Source of the DNA: Jimgerdemannia flammicorona
Lineage: Eukaryota
Direction of reading: 5' to 3'
NCBI GenBank assembly: GCA_003990765.1
Contig: RBNJ01000346.1
Coordinates: 1 to 32,453, forward strand
Length of the DNA stretch: 32,453 bases
Shown here: positions 22,905 to 32,453 of the stretch, in pieces
How positions within the stretch are numbered: the first letter of the stretch is position 1
Layout: each line of letters begins with the position of its first letter
Notes under the pieces: generated by a model
Databases searched by the model: none
Told to the model about the DNA's origin: nothing
Seen by the model: the letters and a program-made list of their open reading frames with translations, nothing else
Translations under genes and position numbers: made by a program

Positions 22905-23312
22905 AAGAAGTTGTACTCAATTTCATGTGAGTCAACCCCAAGGCCCAGATCCCTCAAGCACAGTCAGAAGGAGCTATTGGTTTGGACCTTCAAGCAGTAC
23001 AATAAGTCACTATTCCTGCACATGAAAGAAGGCTCATTCCAACTGGCCTTTCAGTCGAAATTCCCAAGGAATATTATGCAAGAATTGCACCAAGATCTGG
23101 CCTCAGTTTCAAACACTCTGCTGGAGTTATTGACCCTGACTTCTGAGGCGAAATGCAAGTCCTGCTAGTCAACCACAAGAACCAACCATATACCATCAAT
23201 GAAGGTGACAGAATCACACAGCTCATCCTGGAGCAAGCCACCCTACCAGTCATCAAAGAGGTCACCAAGCTGTCTTCAACCAAGCAAGATCAGAAAGACT
23301 TTGGCAGTACTG
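22905..23312 (+). pseudogene. dut: dUTPase domain of element D (between gag and protease)
   Basis: AIGLDL, IAPRSG, GVIDPDF*GE, GDRITQL, KDFGST. Confidence 0.92.
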
Positions 23313-23350
23313 ATAAAGTTGCAAGCATAGCTGAGAACTGAGCCAATTCA

Positions 23351-26300
23351 ATGCTCATTTCCAAAGACCTAGTCAAGGGACAAGAGCTAGATGTTCTCAT
23401 AGACAGTGGAGCTGTTGGGAACTTCATCAACAAGAATCTTATCAACAAGCTTAAGATTCTCACCAAACCAGCCAGCAAGAATGGTGGAGTTGTCACTACA
23501 GATGGCACCATCTTACCAATTGACTCAATTGCCACTAAACTCCCTCTCAAGATCCAGAAGTACTGGGAACATTTAGATTTCGAGGTAGCACCACTAGGAG
23601 ACCATGACCTGATCCTAGGCAAATTCTGGCTTATATGATACCACCCTCAGATTGATTGGACTAAGAATGAAATCACCCTGATTCAGGATGGAACCAACAT
23701 TACCATCAAGCCAGACAAGACTCAGACAAAAACCCCAATTGCTACCCTTTTGGCAATTCAGTTCAAGAAGGCCCTCAAGAAAGCTACCTGTGCCTTTGTG
23801 GCATTAATCTGACCAAAGAAAGAAGACAAGAAGCTATCAATTAGTGAAAGTATCAAGTTACTGCTGAATAAGTATAAGGATGTCTTTCCAGACAAACTAT
23901 TTGGTCTACCACCTTCAAGAGACCATGACTATGAAATCAAGTTAGTACCTGATGCAGCTATACCTAAGAAGAAAATGTACTACATATCTCTACTCAAAAT
24001 TGAAGCAGTCAAGAAGGAACTTAATGAACTCATTGAGTGAGGAGCCATTCAGCCAAGCAAGTCACCCTTTGACTCCCCAGTCCTATTTGTCAAGAAAAAG
24101 GATGATACTCTGTGAATATATATAGACTACTGAGTACTCAACAAGATCACAGTCAAGAACTATTATCTACTACTACTCATAGATCAAATCTTTGATACTC
24201 TCAAAAATGCAAAGTACTTCACCAAGATTGATCTCATCTCTGGGTATCACCAAATTCAAATAAAGCCAGAAGACATACCCAAGACTGCCTTCATGACACT
24301 CTTTGGACTCTATGAATTTCTAGTCATGGTCTTTGGTCTCACCACTGCACCAGCAACCTTTCAAGATCTCATGCAAACTGTCTTCAAGGATCAGCTCTAT
24401 ATCTTTGTACTTGTATATATTGATGATATCCTGATCTTCAGTAGTACTGAAGAAGAACACCTCAAGCACATTGAACAAGTCCTCAAGATCCTCCATGAAA
24501 ACAAGCTCTATACAAAGCTCAAGAAATATGAATTTTTCAAGGATCAAGTCAAATACCTTGGATACATTGTATTAGTCAAAGGAATTCAAGTAGACCCAAG
24601 GAAAATACAAGCCATTGAATAGTGGCCTGTACCAGCAAACCTTACTGAACTTAGGTCCTTCCTTGGTCTGGCTGGATACTACTGTCAATTTGTCAAGAAC
24701 TTTTCTAGTATTGCAGAATATTTGATAAATCTCCTGTGAAAGGAATCTAACTCTGACCTCTATGTCCCCTACATCTGAGATACTTTCTGTCAACAAGCTT
24801 TTCAAGAACTCAAGAACTGTCTGACCCATACACCTATCCTTAGAAACATGGACCCAAACTTGAAGTTCATGGTCACTATAGATGTATCTAACTTTGCTAT
24901 TGGTGCAGTCATTTCTCAATATGATGGTCAAGAATACTGACCTATTGCCTTTGAGTCAAGAAAATTGTCCCCAGCCAAACAAAAGCTGGCTACTCATGAA
25001 AAGGAACTCCTGGCAATCATGTATGCCCTCAAGATCTAGTGATACTATCTAGAAGGAGTTGAGTTTGATGTGATCACTGATCACAGATCTCTTCAGTACA
25101 TCAATACTCAACCAACCCTTTCTCACCAACAAGCCAAGTAGAGTCAACTACTTCAGATCTTTACCCCAAACATCATCTATAAGCCTGGCAAAACTCTAGT
25201 GGTATCAGATATACTTTCAAGAAGACCTGACCTTACCGCAATTTTACAAGTCACCATGGCACCTGAATTCTTCAATCAGATCAAGAAGGCATACAAATAA
25301 GACTCTCTGGTTCTACAAAGAAATACCAAGAAATTCAAGGAAAAGTACACTATCAAGGACAACCTCATGTACTATTAAGATAAAGTATATATTTCTATCA
25401 ACCCTGAACTATGGTATAAGATTCTTCATGAACACCATGACTCCCCACTAGCTGGTCACCTTGGAACTGAGAAGACTATCAAGAATATCCAACAAGATTA
25501 CTACTGACCAAGCATGCTCAAGGAAATCAAAGAGTATATCTAAAGCTGCAATCTTTACCAAAGAAACAAGTCAAGCAACCAAGCACCTGCTGGTCTTCTA
25601 CAACCCCTGCCAATTCCAACCAAGAAGTTTGAATAGGTCACAATGGACTTCATTGTACAACTCCCATGAACCAAAACAGGCTATGATACTATTGTTGTAT
25701 TTGTAGACTGTCTCACCAAGATTACAATTACTGAGCCAACCACAACCAATACCACTGCCCCAGAAATTGCAAGAATCTTCTTCAAGACTGTCTTCCACTA
25801 TTATGGACTTTCCCAAGTAATTATCAGTGACTGTGACCCCAAGTTCATAAGCCACTTCTGACAAGTACTCTTCAAGACCCTTGGAACCCAAATTGCTATG
25901 TCCACTGCCTTCCATCCTCAAACTGATGGACAGACTGAGTGAATGAATAGAATACTCAAACAAATGCTCAGAAACTACATGTCTTATGAGCAAGATGATT
26001 GGGACCACTATCTAACCTATGCTGAGTTCACCTACAATAATGCCACCCAATCATCAACTGGCCTTTCTCTCTTTTAGCTACTTCATGGTCAAAACCCCAA
26101 GACCCCTGCAAGTCTAGTCTCATTCTAGCAATCCAGTCACACACAAGTCCCCACAGCCCAGAACCTTATTGACAAAATGGATTCCCTTCTCAAGATCACT
26201 ACTACAAACCTGTAAAAGGCTCAGCAACATTAAGCTAAGTATGCAGATAAGAAGCAGTGAAATATTATATACAATATTAGTGATATGGTTCTACTCAAAG

Positions 26301-26710
26301 CTGACAATATCAAGGCTCAATCTCAAGTTAACTGCTAGTCAGCCAAATTCCAGCCCAAGTATCTTAGACTCTTCGAAATCACTGAACAAGTCTCTATCTG
26401 GCCTTACTGCCTCAACCTGCCAACAACCATGTATATACACCCAGTATTTCATGTGTCACAACTCAAGGCCTAGAACTAGTCATCTTCTTACTCTGGTCAA
26501 ATTCTAACACCATCAGCACCAGTGATAGTTGAAGACCACATTAAGTATGAAGTTGAGAAAATCTTAGACAAACAAGTCTGGTACCATCACACAGAATACC
26601 TAGTCAAGTGGATGGGTTATCCTAAATATGATGCTACCTGGGAACCTGCTGCCAATCTCAAGAACTCTCAAGACCTCATCTAAGAGTTCAAGCAAAAAGA
26701 AACTCATTGA
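23351..26710 (+). pseudogene. pol: pol of element D: protease, RT, RNase H, integrase, chromodomain
   Basis: LIDSGA, LILGKFW, VYIDDILIFS, EKELLAI, GHLGTEKT, VISDCDPKF, IHPVFHVSQLK, YEVEKILD...YLVKWMGYPKYDATWEP. Confidence 0.93.
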
Positions 26711-27022
26711 CTGCCCATGAGGTTCTCCCCTTAGATAGTAGATGACATACTGTGCTATCAGGCACATTAAGTATCAGGGCACTCTAAAGAATATAGCATC
26801 AGAAACAAGAGATATAGGAGAACTCTATAAATTCTGCAACTAATGAGGTTCGAACCAGTTCTCATTTGATCAAGATGATACTTTGGCCCTTGCCTTATAT
26901 AAGGATGGCCAATCCTTGCCAATGAGCCAACATATTTTGTTTGAGGTTTCTTTTAGTCTTATTGTTTATTATGTATAACTTTGAGAATTCAATGAGGATA
27001 TTGATTCTTAAGAAGGGGGAGA

Positions 27023-27426
27023 TGTAATATTTTAGCATAGTTTATTTCTTTTTTTTGTCTTTCTTCAATATTCTATGACCTTCCAATACTTTCTGAATGC
27101 TTAGAAATCCTTTCTTGATGCCAAGCATCCTCTAGTACTTATTTAGCTAGTCACTGAATATCCTGGAAACTTATAGAACTTTATTTGTCATCATTTGTCA
27201 TCTTTGCTGAGAACTTTCCTCTTGGCATTTTTCTTTGATTTCTCAGATCCTTCTGGATTCTTCTTTCAGATTTTGTATAAATATCCCTTTTGTTCTCATG
27301 AATAAAGTCTCAGAATATTTTCTCTGAGAAATCCTTTGAGATCACTTGAATCCTTAAGTATCTCTTTGAGCTACTTAGGACTACCAGAACTAGTCACTTC
27401 CTCATTTAGAAACTAGAACTATTATA
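27023..27426 (+). repeat. 3' LTR of element D (404 bp)
   Basis: Direct repeat of 21416..21819 immediately after the PPT. Confidence 0.93.
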
Positions 27427-27431
27427 CTTTT

Positions 27432-29170
27432 AGTCAAAGTAGGTTGGAAGTAAATATAAACAAGAGATTAATTATCTGTAATGATAGGAAAATGTTTTTC
27501 TATCAGGAAGTATCTCTATTCTTTGAAACTTCTAACTATGATAAATAATTCCTTTTCATAATTAGAATATCTTATTTCTACTTCTTTTAACTTTTGAGAA
27601 AAGTAAGCTACTGAGTGTTTCTCTTGAGTAAGAACTGCTCCAATTGCTATATATATCTGATGCATCAGTAGTGACTTCAAAGAAACCTTTTGGATCAGGG
27701 ATTACTAATACTGATATATTAGTAAGAAGTCTTTTTAGATAATTAAAGGCTTGTATTTAAGTAGAAGTTTAATATTTTTTAACATCTATAGATTTTTGAG
27801 TGAGTGCTGTTAGAGGAGCTGCTACTCTAGAGAATTCTTCTCTAAATTGTCTGAAGAAGTTGGCCAATCCTAGGAATCCTTATAATCCTTTAAGATTTTC
27901 TGATCATGGCTAGTCTTCTATAGCTTTAATCAATCTGAGTGAAGTTTTAACTGTCCCTTTTCCAATAATATGTCCAAGGTATTCTACTACTTGCAAAGAA
28001 GTAATATTTTTCAAGCTTCAAATATAACTGATTTTTTTTCAGTATAGTGAAGACTTCTCTTAAGTATTGAAGATATTCTTTTTAAGTTATACTATAGATG
28101 AGAATGTCATCTATATAAACTAGTACACACTTGTCTAACAGAGACTTAAAGATATTATTCATGAAGGTTTAAAATATTACTAGAGTATTAGTTAATCCAA
28201 AGAACATAACTTTGAATTGATAATACATATCTATATCTTATCTTAAAAGCTGTTTTCTCTATATCTTTTTCATCTATTCCTATCCACTAAAATTCTTCTT
28301 TAAGATTACCTAAGGTCATAACCTTGGCTTTATAAAGCTGAATGAGTAGTTCTTTTATACTAGATAGAGAATATTGGTTTTATATAGTGATCTTATTAAG
28401 TAGACAGTAGTTTACATACATTCTTAATGTTCTATCTTTCTTTTTTATAAACAGAATGGGTGCTCTATAAGGAGATATACTTGGTTCAATATATTCTTTA
28501 TCAAGAAGTATCTTTAGAGTTTCTCTTAAGGCTTCTAGCTCTAGCTGAGATATAGGGTAGATAGGTCTATAAGGAGATGATGTTTCTGAAATTATATCAA
28601 TCTTGTGATTGACTTTTCTTTTAAGTGGAGGCTTTGTTAGTTCTTGGAATATATCAGAGAATTCTTCTATAAGAGACTGAATTATTTGTGAGATTTGAAC
28701 AACTTTCTTTTCTTTTGAAACTATATATATTAAGCAGAGATAACAATCTTCTATTCTTTTGACTTCTTTATAAAATTGGATAGCTGAGATTGTTTCTACT
28801 TATATTGGCTTTGGATTTAAAGTAAGCTTTTAACTCTGTTTCCATAGAGTGATTGCATTATTACTCTAATTAATATTGAAGTTATACTTTCTGAACCATG
28901 GGGTTTCAAGTATAATATTATAGACAGGCAAATATACTATATCTAGGTCTACTTTCTCTTTATAGTCTCCTATTTGTAGCATTAAGCCTTTAGCAATCTG
29001 AGATAATATCTGAGTTTTGCTATTTGTAAATTGTACTGTTCTTTTATTACTAGATGTAGTAAGAATTTTAGTCTATTTTACTAAGTTCTAGTTGATAAAA
29101 TTTCTAGAGACTCCTATATCAAAGAGAACCTTTATGTCTTGTTCTTTAACTTGAGCTGGTATTTCAATAA
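27432..29170 (-). pseudogene. pol: Element C fragment 3: protease, RT, RNase H
   Basis: VLFDIGVSRNFI, SPYRAPILF, MFFGLTN, VYIDDILIYS, FLGLANFFR, VTTDAS. Confidence 0.88.
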
Positions 29171-29449
29171 GTTCTTCATTATTGATTGTAGAAACAACTT
29201 CTTGTGTCAGATTTTGTTTCTTTTCTTTAGTCCAGATATTAGCTAGCTTAGTAGCTCTTCTTTAACTAAGTTCACTTAGATATACATAAGTAACAGTCAT
29301 TGAATATTTCTGTACAATATATTTATATACTATGAGGGCATCTTCCATATAGTATATATCTATCTTTTAGTTGAGAGTACTATTTTTCTTCTTTGGTAGG
29401 TTTTGTTTCTTGAATAGCGGCTGCTGTCTTAAGCTTCTTTTCAGTATTT

Positions 29450-29870
29450 TGAGGATCCAAATTCTTTAGTTCTTCTTTCTAAGAGTAGAAATGTTTTGAC
29501 TTCTTGAACTGTGAGATTATTCTTTATAACTTTTACAATCAGTTGTACTACTTTTTGTCCTAGTAGAATAGTATATTGTTCTTTTCTAAGATTTCTCAGA
29601 ATAACTTTAATTTCATCCTAATATACTTTATCAATAACTCCTCCTCTTATTGAGAGGTCATAATATTTTGCTAGTTCACTTTTTTCTGCTATTCTAACAT
29701 AGGTACTCTGAGGTATTTGTACAGCTATTTCAGTTCTTATTACTTGAGATTTTCCTAGTAGTATTGTCTGTAAGACAGTATTATAGAGATCATATCCTAC
29801 ATCTGTTAGATAAGCCTTAGTAGGAATAATTGCTTTATAGTAAAACTTTTTAAATCTGATAACTTCTTCT
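29450..29870 (-). pseudogene. dut: dUTPase domain of element C (between gag and protease)
   Basis: DVGYDL, IAEKSELA, GGVIDKVY*DEI, GQKVVQL, FGS. Confidence 0.82.
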
Positions 29871-29949
29871 ATCTCAGGAATAGTATTAATAACTGAGATA
29901 GTTGAAGGTCTTGAAGAAATGTTTTTATTTTCTCTAGACTATATTCTGT

Positions 29950-31880
29950 CTTCTTATAGTAAAACATTTGTCTTCTTTTCTAAGCCTCTCTATTTCTTCT
30001 GGAGAAAGTTTTTGAAAAATAAATTTCTTAAAAATTAGAGTTTCTCTATTCCAATACCTTTTCCTAGAGTCTTGATAGAGTTTACTTAAAGCTCACTCAG
30101 AGTTTCTTATACTATTCTATTCTCTAGATTTAGTGATAGCAGATGTTGCTAAAACTATTCTTACTCTAGATACTGCTTATCTGAAGCACTATTGATTATG
30201 AGGACAATCTGTAGAGATTTCTATTTCCTTAACTCTTCTGGCTAACCATAGAGAAATACTTTGAAAGAAGTAATTTGCTCTGGTTCCATTAAAAGCATTA
30301 TTATCAAAGTCATAAGAGAATCCTAATATATTCAAGAAGGCTTCCATTCTTGCTGCAAAGGCTTTTGAGTTTTCTTTACTTTATTCATCTTATTTTATGA
30401 CTTCTAATTGTGCTCTTGTATCTGCAAGAAGTGAAGAGCTTAGAAAATATCTTTTTAGGAGATATTTAAGTTCTCTTACTTCAGAGATTTGTAAATATTC
30501 TGGTTGGTCTCCTGTGGTATCTTATTCAGTAACTTCAATTATATCTTCTCAAGTAAGGAGCTTTGGATTTAAGTTATGATACCAGAGGCAGCTGAATCTC
30601 GAAAATAAGCAACTACTTTAACAGTTTGAGCTTAGGCTTTTGTAAAGACTTTCTCTGGAAAATGTAATACATTCTTTGCTAAAGTAGAGTCTGGATTTCT
30701 TTAGTCATTCTAACTGTTGCACTTGTATCCATTATCTACTGCACTTATAAATCCTAGTAGATCTGTAGATATTTCTCCCAAAGTGGAAATTGATAGAACT
30801 TTAGCTAGTTGATTCATAATCTACTAGATTAGCTAATGCTGCCAGTTGTATTGTTAATATATTAGTAGTCATTATTGGGGTTACTAGTTCAAGTGTAAAC
30901 TCTGGTCCTCTAAAAGTTTTATCTAAGTCTTCAGAGATTTCTTCAAAGAGTCTTTCAAGATTTTCTTCTTCTAAGGAGTCTGTTGCTTTCTTCTTCTCTT
31001 TAGATGATGTGTCTGGTAGACTTTCTATTTCAGAAAGGTCTTCTACTAATAGTTCAGATTCAGAATCTGAATATCTATCTTCTGGTTCAGGTTCTGGTCT
31101 TAAGTGAGGAATAGGTACTGAGTGTGAAGGTATATAAATTCCTGAGATAAGAGTTTTAAATAAATCTCTAGCTTCTAATAAATTTGTACTAGGTCCTGGA
31201 CTTGTTAATTCTGGAGGTTGTTTTCCTACTGGTATCTGTTGTCCAGCAGATAAATATTCTGTTTGGTCTCTTTCTGAACTAAGTATAGAAGAGATATCTG
31301 GTTCTTGTTGAGTGTCAAAATATATTATATATCTCTTATATTGAATTTCTTAGATAGTTATCTCAAGAGTTTCTAGTCTTTGTAGTTCTTATATATGGTT
31401 GATCTTATGACTTAAATATCTAAAGTAAAGATGGCTCTTTTTTTTTAGTAGAGTGATAATAAGGGAAATTAATCCACTGAAGTACAGTAGTTCTTGTTTC
31501 AATAGAGATTAATTCAAAAAATTATTCTGTTGCTTGAGCAACTGATTCAGGTATTCCTACTCTGTATATATATGTATTATCTTATAAGTCTGTAAAACTT
31601 TTTTAGAAGGTCTGTATCTCTTCTTAATACTGGATGTAGTTTATGGAATTCTGAATATAAATTTTGGGCAGAATGTTTAATAAGTTCTTATTGTTGTTCT
31701 TTATATTGGCTTTCCCAGTCAACAATAGTCTTTATATTTTGTTTTTCTCTTTTGAGGGTCCAGGGTATCTAGTCACTTCCTAAAGAATATATTCAGTAAT
31801 AGCTGGTGGACTATTTAATAATCTTTTATTTTTGTCTTATGTCAGATTGGCTTATAGATTCTGCTGCTATCAATTGTAAC
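29950..31880 (-). pseudogene. gag: gag region of element C with a long N-terminal extension
   Basis: E*LKKSRLYF, RDSAA.WYHNL...T*ED gag-like motifs; protein-like frames continue to ~31.9 kb; frameshifted, limits approximate. Confidence 0.5.
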
Positions 31881-32231
31881 TATATCTTCACTATTATAGT
31901 AATTATACCCTTTAAATTAATGATCCTTAATATTAATGACTTAAAGGCACTTATGTCAGATATCTGTAGCTTGAGGAAGTAGCTATTTTAATATCTAAGT
32001 ACTGTTTATTGTACTTCTAATTGATCTAGTCTCCTTCTGGTAGACTTAGATAACAATTTGGCAATTAGACTTTAATTTTTAAAGTCTAAGTCTTTTAGTA
32101 TATCTTTTTTAAATATAGTCTGATTTTAAGAATTATATTTAGATTCTTCAGAGTTCAAGTATTTATAGAGTTTAAGACATCTAATTTTAGATGTGGTCTT
32201 TTTAGTTTAAGTTATTCAGGAACTTATCCAT

Positions 32232-32453
32232 TGTAACGGTGACCCCAGAATGATGACATCAGCACAGGAGACAGCCTTTCTTTACAAGCCACCAGATCAG
32301 AGTACAAGAAGATCATACGGCATGCGAGATGAGCAACGATGACCAACTGTGAGTCATTGTGACCACGGCACAAGCATCCTGAAGAATATAAAAGAAGGAT
32401 CAAGGAACCGCAGTAGCAGTAGCTAACAAGAACCCCAATCCCAAAATAGCTCA
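32232..32453 (+). repeat. Start of a third, younger B-family LTR (opposite orientation, truncated by the window edge)
   Basis: TGTAACGGTGACCCCAGAATGATGACATCAG... is the reverse complement of the ends at 5786 and 19612, with CpGs intact. No PPT in front, so it is a 5' or solo LTR. Confidence 0.92.

Larger units (their letters stand above)
21416..27426 (+). mobile_element. Element D: full-length decayed chromovirus (gag-dUTPase-PR-RT-RH-IN-chromodomain)
   Basis: LTRs 21416..21819 and 27023..27426; TSD CTTTT (21411-21415, 27427-27431); PBS-like TGGTAGTAGCAG at 21822; PPT AAGAAGGGGGAGA at 27010-27022. Confidence 0.95.

Noticed and set aside
26711..26810. Second chromodomain-like string IVDDILCYQAH...EYSI after the D chromodomain
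   Set aside because: Lacks the KW and WEP motifs; the segment is better explained by similarity to the B post-pol ORF.
30573..30584. TGGTATCATAAC (minus) resembling a Met-tRNA PBS
   Set aside because: Not preceded by an LTR end; falls within the gag motif AA.WYHNL.
31055..31085. RYSDSES in C resembling RYADSES in the LTR-A ORF
   Set aside because: Short low-complexity acidic match with no convincing flanking alignment.
31954..32231. Possible 5' LTR remnant of element C (TATAAATA at 32160-32167 minus, TGACA end at 31954)
   Set aside because: No partner LTR in the window and no clean PBS; too weak to list as a feature.
1..32453. Alternative genetic code or programmed read-through to explain frequent in-frame stops
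   Set aside because: All three stop types occur, at sites where paralogous copies or conserved motifs have CGA/CAG/CAA/TGG, so mutation explains them.

Overview
Eukaryotic, gene-free, transposon-derived DNA. An early-diverging fungus such as Mucoromycota is my inference from the short introns, chromovirus-type elements and strong CpG loss. The window is a nest of decayed elements whose order can be read from target-site duplications (TSDs). Element C, an old AT-rich minus-strand chromoviral Ty3/Gypsy element (3918..~32231, in pieces), is the host. Inserted in it are element B (minus, 4189..19612, 1.6-kb LTRs, 4-bp TSD GTAG), element D (plus, 21416..27426, 404-bp LTRs, 5-bp TSD CTTTT) and a 0.44-kb poly(A) retroposon. 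Element A (3' half, 1..3917, ~2.1-kb LTR) and a young B-family LTR at 32232 are probably also insertions in C. B carries a 6.5-kb hAT transposon (7422..13941, 13-bp TIRs, 8-bp TSD) with a spliced transposase and a second spliced gene. Most notable: (1) the LTRs of A and B each contain a long ORF between two TATA-like boxes, and the two proteins look distantly homologous; (2) B and C share an unrecognised C-P-H-x5-C-x6-C-x2-C module near dUTPase, in different domain order; (3) B and D share a small ORF between pol and the PPT; (4) B, C and D all encode dUTPase; (5) a C>T/G>A hypermutation gradient extends beyond CpG. All alignments were done by eye; no searches were run.
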